A DNA stretch of 64,000 nt from the human T2T-CHM13v2.0 reference genome, Homo sapiens. Under the pieces are notes generated by a model. The model had not been told where the DNA came from. It did no database searches and was given only the letters and a program-made list of their open reading frames with translations. The position numbers and the translations under genes are program-made. Positions 15,229 to 28,400 of this stretch are shown here, piece after piece; within the stretch, counting starts at the first letter, position 1, and each line of letters starts with the position of its first letter. The stretch lies in NCBI RefSeq assembly GCF_009914755.1, contig NC_060931.1, one strand, 5' to 3'.

Positions 15229-18200
15229 AATTTTTTATTTAAATTTTTATGTATTTAGGAGGTGCAAGTGCAGATATCTTAAATGTGTATATTGCGTAGT
15301 AGAGAAGCCTTGGCTTTTAATATACCCATAACCCACATAGTAAGCATTGTATCCAATAGGTAATTTTTCAATCCTCAACTCGCTCCCACCTTCCCACCTT
15401 TTGTAGTCTCCAGGTGTCTATTACTCCATGCTGTATGCCTTTGTGTACACATTGTTTAGCTCCCACTTGTAAGTGTTAAGTTTCTAAGTTATTTCACTTA
15501 GGATAATGGCCTCCAACCCAAAAATGTCTTCATTATTTTCTATGGCTGAGTAATAAATATGAACATTTTCTTCATATAATCCTCCACTGATGGACACTTA
15601 GGTTGATTTGATATCTTTACTATCGAAAATAGTACTGTGATAGACATATAAGTGCAGGTATCTTTTTGATATAATTTCTTTCCCATTGAGTATATACCTA
15701 GTAGTGAGACTGTTGGATCGAATGGTACTTCTATTTTCAGCTCTTTGAGAAACCTCCATACTATTTTCCATAGAGATTGTACTAACTTACATTGCCACCA
15801 AGAGTACATAAGCATTCTCTTTTCTTCACATCCTTGCCAACATTTATTGGTTTTAGACTTTTTAATAACAGCCATTCTAACTGGTGTTTGATGGTATCTC
15901 ATTGTGGTTTTAATTTGCATCTCTTTGATGATTAGTGATGCTGAACATTTTTTCATGTTTCTTGGCCACTTGTGTGTCCTCTTTTGAAAAATGTCTGTTT
16001 ATTTCCTCTGCCCACTTTACAATGGTTTTTTTTCAGTGTTTGTTTTTTTGATGAGTTGTTTGAGTTCCTTGAAGATTCTAGATATTAGCCCTTTGTTAGA
16101 TTCATAGTTTGCAAATACTTTTTCCCTATTCTGTAGGTTACCTGTTTGCAATGTTGATTGTTTCTTTTGCTGTGAAGAAGCTTTTTAGTTTAGTTAAGTC
16201 CTGTTTGTCTATTTTTGTTTTTGTTGCATTTGCTTCTGGGTACTTAGTCATAAATTCTTTACCTAGGCAATGTCTAGAATAGTTTTTCCTAGGTTTTCTT
16301 TTAGGATTTTTATATTTTTGGGTCTTATATTTAGGTATGTAATCCATCTTGACTTAATTTTTGTATGTGGTCAGAGGTATGGGTCCAGTTTCATTATTCT
16401 ACATATGGCTATCCAACTTTCCCAGCACCATTTATTGAATAGTATGTCATATCACCACTGCTTATTTTTATTGACTTGTCAAAGATCAGTTTGTTGTAAT
16501 TATATGTCTTTATTACTGGTTCTCTATTCTGTTCCATTGATCTATATGTCTATTTTTACACCAGTATTATGCTGCTTTGGTTACTATAGCCTTGTAGTAG
16601 AATTCGAAGTCAGGTAATGTAATGCCTCCAGCTTAGTTCTTTTTGTTCAGGATTGCTTTGGTTATTCAGGCTCTTTTTTTGGTTTCATACGAATTTCAGG
16701 ATGTTTTTTCTAATTCTCTGAAAAAATGTCATTGGTAATTTGATAGGGATTGCATAGGATCTGTAGAATGCTTTGGACAGTAAGGTATTTTAATGATGGT
16801 GATTATTCCAATCCATGAGCATGGGGTGTTTTTTTCATTTGTTTATGTCATCTACAACTTCTTTCATCAGTGTTTTATAATTCTTCTTATAGAGATCTTT
16901 CACCTCCCTGGTTAAATCTATTCCTAGGTATTTCCTCTTTTTTTAGCTGTTATAAGTAGACTCACCTTCTTGATTTGGTTCTTAGCTAGATCATTGTTGT
17001 GTAGAAACACTGCTGATTTCTGTACATTAATTTTGGACAGAAACTACTGAATTTATTATCAAATCTAATAATTTTCTAGTAGAGTCTTTAGGGGTTTCTA
17101 GATATAATAACACAGAATCTGTAAACAGGGATAATTTGACTTCCTTTTCTCCTATTTGGATGTTTTTATTTCCTTTTCTTGCCTGATTGCTCTGGTGAGG
17201 ACTTCCAGTACTGTGTTGGATAAGAGTGGTGAAAGTGGGCATCCTTGTCTTGTTCCAGTTCTTAGAGAGAATGCTTTCAACTTTTTACCATTGAGTATGA
17301 TGTTGGGTATGGGTTTGTCATATATGGCCTTTATTATGTTGAGGTATGTTTCTTCTATGCCTAGTTTGTTGAGTACTTTTATCATAAAGGAATGCCAGAT
17401 TTTATCAAATACTTTTTCTGCATATATTGAGATTATCATATATTTTTTGTCCTTAGTTCTGTTTATGTGATGTGTCCCATTAATTGATTTGCATATGTTG
17501 AACCATCCTTGTATCCCTGGGATAAATCCCACCTGATCATGGTGTAGTATGCTGTTGGATTCGAATTGCTAGTGTTATTTTGAGGATTTTTGTGCCTGTG
17601 TTCATCAGGGATATTGGTTTCTTGTTTTCTTTTTTGTTGTATCTTTGTCTGGTTTTGGTATCAGGGTGACATTGGCCTCACAGAATGAGTTACAAAGAGT
17701 TCCCCCCTCCTCATTTTTTAAAAATAGTTTCAGAAGGATTGGTATTAGTTCTTTGTATGTTTGATAGAATTCAGCTGTGAATCCATCTGAACTTGGGCTT
17801 TTTTGTTGTTGTTGGGAGACTTTTTTATTACTGATTCAATCTCGCTATTTATTGTTGATCTGTTCAGAAGTTTCTATTTCTTCCTGCTTCAATCTCAGGA
17901 GGTTGCATGTTTCCAGAATTTATCCATTTCCTTTACAGGTGACTTGATGCTTTTCTCTTAAAATTCGTTTTTTCACTTTGACATTAGATATTCTGAATAC
18001 AACATGCTGTGGGGAACTACTTTTTATACTTGCCTGGGGATTGCTGAGCCTCCTGTATCTAGCTAACTCTCTGACAGGCTTGGGAAGTTTTCATCAATTA
18101 TTTTTTGAAATAGAGTTTATAAACTTTTTTATCCCTTTTCCCCTTCAGGAGAACCAATAACTCGTAAGTTCAGTAACTTTATGTAGTCCCAGTGTCTCAA

Positions 18201-20438
18201 AGACTTTGTTCATTCTTTTTTATTCTTTTTTGCTTATTTTTGTCTGAATGGATTATTTCAGAAGACCAGTCTTCAGCTTCTGACATTCTTTCTTCTGCTT
18301 GGTCCAGTCTGTTATTGAAGCTTTTACACTTATTTTGTATTTCCTTCAATTAATCTTTTATTTCTAGAATTTCTGCTCAGTTTTTCTAAGATAACTATCT
18401 TAGCTTGGGTGAAACCCTATCTCTACAAAAAAATTTAAAAATTAGCCAGTTGTGGCTGGCATGCACATGTAGTCCTACCCACCCAGGAGGCTGAAGTGGG
18501 AGGATCACTTGAGCCCAGGTGTTCAAGGCTGCAGTGAGCCATGATTACACCTCTGCACTTTGGCCTGGGCAACAGAGAAAGACCGTGTCTTAAAAAAACA
18601 AACTATCTATCTTCTTGTAAATTTTTCATTCATATACTGAATTGATTTTTGATTTCTCTGTATTGGTTTTCAGATTTCTTTTTCATCTAATTAAGCTTCT
18701 TCGAAATCAATATTTTTAATTATTTATCTCGCATTTCAAGGAATTCTTGATTGGAAACTTGCTAGACAATTGTTGTGGTCCTTTGGTGGCATCATATTTC
18801 CCTGCTTTTTCATATTTCCTGTGTCTTTCCATTGACATCTGCACATCTAATGTAGCAGTTGTCTGTTCTAATTTTTTGAAATTGTTTTTGTAGGAAAAAA
18901 TTTTTTCCTGAGTATGTATGTATTTTGTTGATTAAGATACTTTGGTTTTGGCTTTGGGTGCCAGCAGTAGTGTGATTTTTGTATAACTTCTTCAGCGGTA
19001 CACAGGATCAGTGGTATCTGATTTTCTTAGTGACTTAAGGCATAGCTATTAGCTGAGGTTGTGGTGAAGTTTATCTGGGGACTTGGATGGCACATGAGCC
19101 AGTCTTTGGGCTCCAGTGGTGGCAGCAGCGGGGTGAGTGTGCCTGTTTTAGGCCCCAGAGCAGTTGACACTGGCACCATGTTACTGGATTCTAGAGGGCT
19201 TCTTCTTAGCCTCCAGGTGGCTTGCTTGGAAGCTAATAGTGGGAGCAGTGGGCCAGTTATGTGGGTGTGTTCTCAGACCTCTGGGCAGTTGGTGTGGTGT
19301 GGGTGATGAAAGTAGCAGTAGAAAAGCAACCACCGGGACCCAAGCAGTCTGTGTTGGTATTGCTGGAAGCTGCAACAGGCTGAGAAGCCTAGTCCGTAAT
19401 CCCACAGCCACCCATAGCAGGGCAGTGGGTATTGTCCTAAGTGTGCTCAGGAGAGATTGCTCTCCCATGTTCTTCCCCTAGATGGGTGGCAGGTGCAGCC
19501 ACGTCAACTCGAACTTTGCCCAAGGGCAGGGGGAAGCCTAGCATTAAACTCTCAAAATGGCACCTTGGTCTTGCAACCAGTGAGGGCAGTGAGGCCCCTC
19601 CCAAGCAGGTAGCATGGGCAAGAAGCTGTGGGGAGTGTGGTCCACTTGTGTCTCAGTCTTATGCCACTCATTCCAGAACAGTGGTATTATTCTAGATATA
19701 TGTAGGAGAGCCTAGTTTCCCTGATCCTCCTTAGCAGCAGCTGCAGCCATGGCGGCCTGAACTTAGCCTGAGGGCAGGACACAACCCAGCATTAGACTCG
19801 AAATGGTGCTTTGGGCCTGCGTCCAGGGTCCAGGGAGGGTGGGGCACCTCCCAGGCAAGCAGTGTAGGCAAGATACCAAGGGGAGTGCAAGTGTAGTCTA
19901 CTCACATCTCAGTCTCAACAGCAGCCTGCGGCAGGGCAGTAGGGACCCTCCCAGGGGGTGCACGGGAGTACCCAGCCTCTCCCTCTGTCTCCTAGAATCA
20001 GTGCAGCAGCAGCAGCCATGTCTGTAGATCCGTAGTAGCTAGACTCTCAGAATGGTGCCCAGCTGAGGCTGCTCTTGGCTTGGAGGCATGTGGGGTACCC
20101 TTTCTGGAGCAATGTCTCTGAGCAGTCTTTAGGCATCTCTGTGTGTCAGGCCTGAGGCCCTAGTGGGTTGAGGGATTCTCTTGTAGCCAAGATTGTAAAA
20201 ACCCATTTCGGAGCCCTGAGGTTTTCCCACACCCGCGAGCCTCTCCTGGCTCTCAGCCCCCTGCCAGCAAGCTGTCGCAAACTCTCTCCTTACTTACTTC
20301 TGGTGCTTCCCATGTCTTCTCTGGTGAATTCTCTCCTCGATGATCTGTTTGGAGTATCTGCTTACTATTCTGGTTCCTCTCCATGGAGGGCGCATGTACT
20401 CCTTGCCTCTAATCAGCCTCTTTGATCCCTCTCCCCTC
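15229..20438 (-). mobile_element. L1PB (PB3/PB4-like), both termini present, with an internal deletion
   Basis: PB-type 3'UTR from 15230; broken ORF2 ([22 protein letters not shown]..., [16 protein letters not shown]...[10 protein letters not shown]); ORF1 remnants 17935-18850; GC-rich 5'UTR ending gcctctaatcagcctctttgatccctc. Confidence 0.9.
18401..18600 (+). mobile_element. 5'-truncated AluJ nested in L1PB ORF1
   Basis: J diagnostics gggaggatcacttgagcccagg...ggctgcagtgagccatgat; TSD aactatct at 18393-18400 and 18601-18608. Confidence 0.88.
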
Positions 20439-22564
20439 CCATTGTCTGTTGTGCTCACTCTATGTTATGTTTTTTTTAGTTTATATTTTTGCATACCTGT
20501 TTAGAGACCAATTTATTTACCTGTTTATATTTGTATGTTTTTATTTACCTGTTGAGTGATTTTGGTAGTTTGGGGCTTTGTGTGTTTTGGGGCAGTTGGA
20601 TTTGGTGGTGTCACTCCACATGTCATCATCTTCCAGGACGCCCTCTGAGGTCTGCCCCAGATTTGACCCATCTTACATGAACACACTATGTATGACCAGT
20701 ATAAAATTTGTATTCATTATGTTCCCACCAATGAGAATCTACTGTACATAATTATGTATTGTTAAAATTAAGAAAATATGGAATAGAAGTAGATTGATTG
20801 TCCTGGAAGAGTTGTCCAGGAAAGCTTGAAATTTTGCTTTCTTTTTCTTTAATGATAATAAGCACAAGAAGCAAATAAGTAATAAATAAGTATAATTAAG
20901 CAATATCAAACACTCTTTAAAAATTGGTCTTTGCAGCATCCACATAATTGATGAGTTGAATTGTGAAGCTTTGGTAGGCTTCACAATTCCAAAAAGTTTC
21001 CATTTTGTTCTGGATAATTCAATACCTTTGTTCAATCTTTCCTCAATATAAAATGTTATCTTAAAAGATATAAAAAAGGATTGTAGAGTAGCCTGGGGTT
21101 TGGGGAATGTAGAAGCAAAATGAAAGAGCAGCTGAGCTTTTCCCATTGGTGAGGACAGAAGTGTGTTCAGGCTGCTTGTGTGTCTCCAACTTCAGGGATT
21201 TTGTAATATCACCCTCTTTTCTATTCAGTGCTTCTCCAGTTCTCCCTCCATCCAAGACACTGCTGCAGAAGTTAATAAATGAGTGGGCAACAAAAAATGA
21301 AGTGCAAGTATTTATCAGACATTACCGAATACATACATTATTGAAATAAAAAGCATGAGAAATTATATTAGCAAATGAATTTGCAGTTTAGGGACCTCTA
21401 ATTAAGAGTACAATACATTTGGATTCTCTCTCTTTTAAAACTTATTCTCCATGTATTCCTAAATATGACCCATCTTCTCTGACAGCTAAATGTATTGCTG
21501 ATGTCTTATTAAAGGGAACTCTGTAGCTTCTTCTTCCCTATAGCTCAGGTAGACAGCCTGAGGTTTGAAGTTCTGCATAGAGCCAGCATAGCTGTTAGTG
21601 GCAAAATGACCCCCAGAGTAAACAAAGAAACATGACCAGTTACCCTCAGAGGGGATTACTTGTCTCACTTGTAAACCAAGTATCAGGAGAAGTAAGCCAG
21701 TAAGTGTGAAGTCAACCTCACCAGGGAGTATGGCATGGAATCTTTTCCATAACTTAGGCTAGACATTCTGCTATGTTATGCCTGTTGATGTTTCCTTATC
21801 TTTATGAGAAAAGGAAACATGCCAGCCTTCTAGTAAAGGCCTTTGGATTAAATTCTCTGAAGGAAACTGGCCTCACCTAATAAACTCACCAGAACATAAA
21901 AGGACATGGAAAAAAAAATAAAACTAATGTGCTAATCAGTTCAATAAATGCTTGAAGCTGGCCTTAAATCAAATAAAAGACAGGAAAAGATGCCTTATTT
22001 CAGAGCTTTGAGACACAGAATGATGAGAAAAATTTCTCTTGTATTTGAATCACTGAGGGGAAAACAGTAGTCGATTCAGGAGAAGTCAAGAAATATCAGT
22101 GCAGTTTCTAAATAGTAGTAGTATTTTCCTTTCTATCTTCTGCCAAAGTTGCTGGAAGCTCTCATATGGCAAGGGGCTTGGTACCTTTGCCTTCTTTCTT
22201 ATTAGCTGCATGATCAATGTGAAGCCTGACTCCTGAGTATTGGCAATTCTCCCCGCTATTCCTCCAGTTCACTGTATCCAGCCCTGGAAAAATTAGAAAG
22301 TAGGTGAAGGTTTTCTTTTTCAAACACCTATTAGCCTCAAATTCTGTTTGACCATCTGATCAGTGGAAAAGCCATGTAGATCATAAAATCACTTAATACC
22401 ACTGTGCTAGTCATGTAATGCATGCAACTGTCTAGAAATGTGGCATTTTCAAAGGAAGCAGGGAAAACTTACATAAATACAGACATTTCAAAAGGTGAAA
22501 TTCTAGCCACAGTGAGCTCTGCATGGAATACAAATGCTTTGGGGTCAGTGCCAGTCTTGACATC

Positions 22565-23320
22565 TGTGATGGTTAATTTTATTTCAATTCACCTGAGTCA
22601 CAGGGTGCCAGGCATTTGGCTAAACATCATTTCCAGGTATGTCTATGAGGGTGTTTCTGGATAGAATTAGCATTTGAATTGCTGGATTCAGTAAAGAAGA
22701 CTGCCCTCCCCAATATGAGTAGGCATCATCAATCCACTGAGGGCCTGAATAAAACAAAAAGCAAAGGAAGGGAAAAATTTTCTCTTGTCCACCTGCTTGA
22801 GCTGGATCATCAGTCTTCTCCTGCCTTTGGACTAGGATTTATACCATCAACTTCTCTGGTTTTCAAGCCTTCAGATTCAGGCTGGAACTTTAACATTGAC
22901 TCTCCTACTTCTCAGGCTTTCTGATTCAGGCTAAACCACACCACCAGCTTTCATGGGTTTCCAACTGTAGACAGCAGATTGTAGAACATCACCTTCATAA
23001 TTGCATAACTGCATGAGCCAATTCTTTATAATAATGAATAGAATCTTCTTCTTTTTCTTCTTCTTCTCTCTCTATATATTTAAATTATATTAATTTATAT
23101 AATATTAAATATATAATTTATATATTTAAATAGATAAATTTGTATAAATATATCTAAATATATTCATATATACTTGTTTATATAAATGTATTATTTTATA
23201 TAAAATATGTACTTGTTTATTATATATAAATATATACTTGTTTATATAAATATATATGGAATTCATGTTAATTTTGTTAGATATGATCATTTTATTGTCT
23301 ATATATGGAAGAATATCCTG
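22565..23320 (+). mobile_element. MLT2 (ERVL) LTR with internal TA-rich expansion
   Basis: tgtgatggttaattttat...gagggtgtttctgga...ctgagggcctgaataaaacaaaaa...catgagccaattc. Confidence 0.85.
23040..23260. repeat. (TTC)/(TC) then AT-rich (TA)n-type low-complexity tract
   Basis: Visible directly; degenerate tatatacttgtttatataaa units recur. Confidence 0.9.
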
Positions 23321-23356
23321 ATTTTGTTGGTGATGCATACTCAATCATTGAAAGGT

Positions 23357-23818
23357 TGTACTTGTTCCCAGGTCTGCCATAACAAATCACTACAAACTTG
23401 GTGGCTTAAAATAACAGAAATTTATTATCTCAAAGTTCCAGAAACCAGAATTTTGACTGAAGTGATGTTGGCAGGACTGTGCTCCCTCTGATGGCTCTAG
23501 GGGAGAATCTATCTTTGCTTTTTCCAGCTTGTGTTAGCTCCTGGCATTCCTTGGCTTGCCGCTGCCAAGGAACTTGCATGTCAAATCTCCCTCTGGCTTT
23601 CTCTTACAAGGATGCTTATCCTTGGATTTAGGGCCCACTGGGATAAGGGCCCACCAGGATGATCTCCTCATCTAAAGATTCTTAAGTTAATTACATTTGC
23701 AAAGACCCCTTTTCCAAATAAGGTAACATTCCATCTTTTAACATATAAGGTAATATTGATAGGTTCTGAAGATTAGGGCATGGCTATATGTTTTTGGAAC
23801 CACCATTCTATCTACTAA
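23357..23818 (-). mobile_element. MLT1 (B/C-like) MaLR LTR
   Basis: ctgccataacaaatcactacaaacttggtggcttaaaataacagaaatttatt...ggatttagggccca...ttccaaataaggt. Confidence 0.85.
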
Positions 23819-24034
23819 AGGGATGACATATAAGAAGATCTAAAATTTACTTTTACGTGACTCAATAAAAATAAATATGGATGAAATAAATAAGACAAAA
23901 AGTTAATGGTTGATAAATCTAGGTGGTAGATATATGGGAGTACATTGTATTAGTCTAAAATTTTGTGCTTAGGATTTTCATACCAAGCCAAGTTTAAGTT
24001 CCTCATTTTGTCAAGAGAGTCTCATTTAGGGAGC

Positions 24035-24280
24035 TCTTTTAGTGTAGTGGGTCAAGTGGGTCGGAGCATGGGCTCTGGGGACAGAATGCCTGAGTTTGCA
24101 TCCCACCAGGCTTGACTTTGAATAGCTGTGGGATCTCAGGTCAGTTACTTATTTTTTTCCTCTACAAAATGGGGATAATAATAATAATACTAAATTCAGA
24201 CAATTGTTATGAGAATGAAATGAAATAATGCTCATTAAGTGCTTGGCACATTGAAAGGACCTGATAAATATTAGCCACAT
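24035..24280 (+). mobile_element. MIR
   Basis: gagcatgggctctgggg...tacaaaatggggataataa...gtgcttggcaca. Confidence 0.8.
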
Positions 24281-25252
24281 TAATAATTATGCTGAGTCTT
24301 TCAGGATGTCCCCTTCCAACATTCCACTATTAGCTAGGAAAGACTCTCTTAGAAAGGGGGCACAGGGGATTCCCAGTTTGTGCATGTGTTTGGGAGTAGG
24401 GAGCAGGAAGGGATATAAGGTGTAAGGTATTTACATAGGTCACATGAGCACAGGACAAACCTGGGGCTGCAATGGGGTGATAGGGAGATTCTAAAAGCAA
24501 GGGGAAATCCTTGTAGACTTTTAGCCAATCTTCTACTAGCTATTGCTCAGCCCATTTCTTAGCCATAATGCTGATAGAATTAATGCAAATTCTAAAAATA
24601 CCTATCATATCTAGAAAGCTGTTTCAATGCTAAGTGACTGACTCTACCTAAGTGAAAACGTTATTTATCAGGACTCTATGTTGCTTGAAAAACAACTCCC
24701 CCTGCTCATAAGGAGGTTGCTGCTTTTGGAGTGTTAAAGGAGGCTCAGGTGTGATTTTGCCATTAGGGAATCCCATTGTTCCAACAGGGAGCTGAGCCAG
24801 CCTGCTCAGGTGAGTACTGTGGCTACTGCCTCCTTCTCCTCCCACATCTCAGGGTGCCAGCGCATCTACAAGCAATTCACACTTTATATTTAGGGTGTCA
24901 TTTCATTTTTACATTAAGTGCATGAAGGCTTTCACTTGCCTCACATCTCACTTAGCATCATATTTCCCCTCAACCTGTTATAGTCACCAAACATGTGCAA
25001 GACCAGGAACAAAATAAATGAAAGAACTACAACAAAAACTTAAAGATAAAGTTAACAAGAGCAAAAGGGATGAAATGACATCCCTGCAGGGACATGTGGC
25101 TTCCTCAAAAGTCCAGATGCTCTTTTGAAACAAATCTTTGGAATTACTCCCTAGTGTTGTCACTGCTCCCCACTGCATGAATTAAAATCATAAGCAAAAT
25201 AATAAGTCTCAAAGTTTAGGATCTAAGCTACAAGGCTGAAACCCCTTGTGGA

Positions 25253-25497
25253 AGCAGTGCTACTAAAACTTTAATGTAACAAAGTCATCTGCATATATGA
25301 TAAATCTGAGATCAGTTGTTCTAACAAGCTTCCAGGTTATAACAATGCTGCTGAACCACAGACCATACTTTGATTTGCAGGAGTGTAGAACAGCAGTTCT
25401 TAAATTTGGCTACACTTTGGGTTTACACGTGGTGTGTAAAATAAAACTGATGCCACAGAGGTTCTTATTTGCCTTTAAGTGTGACCTGGTCATCATA
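25253..25497. mobile_element. MER5-type MITE relics; the second continues at about 32535-32612 after the L1MA
   Basis: ctaacaagcttccagg...tgctgctg...gaccatactttga; cagcagttcttaaatttggctacac. Confidence 0.55.
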
Positions 25498-28400
25498 ATT
25501 TTTTTAACTTTTAATTTTAATTTTTATGGGTACATAATATGTGTATATGTTTATGGAGTACATGAGATGTTTTGATATAGGCATAAAATGTGTAATAATC
25601 ACATGATGTAAAATGGGGTATCCATCCCCTCAAGCATTTATCCTTTGTGTTGCAAACAATCCAATTATACTCTTTCAGTTATTTTAAAATGTATGATTAA
25701 ATTATTTTTGCCTATAGTCACCCTGTTATGTTATCAAATAATAGGTCTTATTCATTCTTTCTTTTTGTTGTTTTTGTACACATTAACCATCCCACCTCCC
25801 CTTCCAAACCCCCATTGACCTTCTCAGCCTCTGGTAACCATCCTTCTACTCTATACGTCCATAAGTGCAATTGCTTTGATTTTTAGATCCCACAAATAAA
25901 TGAGAATATGAAAAGTTTGTTTTTTTGTGCTTGTTTTATTTCACTTAACATAATGACCTCCAGTTCCATCTATGTTGTTGCAAATGACAGAATCTCATTC
26001 TTTTTATGGCTGAATAGTAGTATTACATCGTATGTAAGTACTACATTTTCTTTATTGATTCATCTGTTAATGAACACTTAGGTTGCTTTTGCCATATATG
26101 GCTTTTATTATGTTAAGGTATGTTCCTTCTGTATCCAGTTTTTTGAATATTTTTTATAATGAAGGGATGTTGAAATGATCATATGGGTTTTTTAATCCTT
26201 TATTCTGTTGATATGATGTATCACATTGATTGGTTTGCATATGTTGAACCATCCTTGAATACTAAGGATAAATTCTACTCAGTCATGATGAATGATCTTT
26301 CCAATGTTTTGTTGAATTCAATTTGCTAGTATTTTGTTGAGGGTTTTTGCATCAATATTCATCAGAGATATTGGCCTGTAGTTAGTTTTCTTTTATTGAT
26401 GTATCTGTCTGATTTTGGTATCAGAGTAATACTGACCTCAGAATGAGTTTGGAAGTATTCCCTTCTCTTCTATTTTTCATAATAGTTTGAGTAGAATTGG
26501 TATTAGTTCTTCTTTAAATGTTTGATAGAATTCAGCAGTGAAGCCATTAGGTCCTGGGCTTTTCTTTACTGACAGAGTTTTTATTACAGCTTTGAATTCA
26601 TTACTTGTTATTGGTCTATTCCAGTTTTGGATTTCTTCATGGTTCAATCTTGGTAGGTTTTATGCATCTAGGAATTTAACCATTTCTTCTAGGTTTTCAA
26701 CTTTATTGGCATCTAATGATCCTGTGAATTTCTGCAGTATCAGTTGTAATGTCTCCTCTTCATCTGCAATTTTATTTGTTTGGATCTTCTCTTTTTTCTC
26801 AGTTATTTTGGCAGAAGTTTTGTCACTTTGTTTAACTTTTCAAAAAACCATCTTTGTTTCATTGATCTTTTGTATTGTTTCCTTCTTTTTTATTTCATTT
26901 ATTTCTGCTCTGATCTTTATTATTCCTTTTCTTCTACTAATTTAGGGCTTGGTTTGCTTTTGCTTTTCAAATTCTTTAATTTAATTTAATTCATTAGGTT
27001 GTTTATTTGAAGTTTTTCTTCTTCTTTGATGCCAGCACGTATAGCTGTAATCTTCTCTCTTGGTACTGCTTTTGCTGTATCTCATAGGTTTTGGTATTTT
27101 GTGTTTCCTTTATCATTTGTTTCAAGAAGATTTTCAATTTCCTTCTTATAATTTCTTTATTGACCCACTGGTCATTCAGGAGCATGTTGTTTAGTTTCCA
27201 CGTACTCGTATGGTTTCCAAAATTTCTGTTGTTATTGATTTTCAGTTTTATTCCATTGTGGTCAGAGAAGATGCTTGATATGATTTCAACTTTTTAAAAC
27301 ATTTTAAGACTTGTTTTGTGACCTAACATATGGCCTATCCTTGAGAATGATCCATGTGCTGAGGAAAACAATGTTTATTCTGCAGCCACTGGATGAAATG
27401 TTCGTAAATATCTATTAGGTCCATTTGGTCTATAGTAAAAATTAAGTCCAATGTTTCTTTGTCGATTTTCTGTCTGGAAGATCTGTCCAATGCTGAAAAT
27501 GGAGTGTTGAAGTCTCTTAACTATGATTGTATTGGAGCCTATCTTTCTCTTTAGCTCTAATAATATTTGCTTTATATCTCTGAGTGCTCCGGTGTTGGGT
27601 GCATATATATTTAAAATGTTATAACCTCTTGCTAAATTGACCCCTTTATCATTATACAGCGACCTTCTTTGTCTCTTCCTATAGTTTTTGTCTTGAAATC
27701 TATTTTGTCTGATATAACTATTCTTACTCTTTTTTTGTTTCCATTTGCATGGAATATCTTTTTTCTTCCCTTTATTTTCAGTCTATGTGTGTCTTTATAG
27801 TTATCTTTATTTGTGTTTCTTGTAGGTGACAGATCAATGGATCTTTTCATTGGGTACATTTAGTCAATTTACATTCAATGTAATTATTGATAAAGAAGTA
27901 CTTACTCCTGCCATTTTGTTATTTGTTTTCTGGTTGTTTTGTGGCCTTCTCTTCCTTTTTAATTTTCCTCCTGTCTTTCTTTTAGTGAAAGTTTTTTCCT
28001 CTGGTGATATAATTTAGTTTCTTGCTTTTTATTTTTTTGTAGCCATCGTATGTTATTATGTATGTTACCGTGAGGCTTGCAAATAGTATTTTATAACCCA
28101 TTATTTTAAACTGATGACAACTGAATACTCATTGCATAAACAAGCAAAGAGAAAATGAATAAAAGCTCTACACTTTAACTTTATCCTCCCACTTTTTAAC
28201 TGTTTGTTGTTTGTATTTATATCTTACTATACTGCCTATGTCTTAAAAAGTTCTAGTTATTCCTTTCAATTGTTTCATCTTTTCATCTTTCTACTTAAGG
28301 CATGAGTAGTTTACACACCATAATTACAGTGTTACAATATTCTTTGTTTTTCTTTGTGCTTACTATTACCAGTGAGTTTTGTAGCTTCCGATGATTTTAT

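Noticed and set aside
15540-17532. Minus-strand ORFs with reverse-transcriptase motifs ([14 protein letters not shown])
   Set aside because: Broken L1PB ORF2 with the catalytic FADD motif mutated and multiple frameshifts.
19050-20430. GC-rich stretch as a possible gene promoter or CpG island (also 29450-31200)
   Set aside because: CpG-depleted and explained as the 5'UTR of an old L1.
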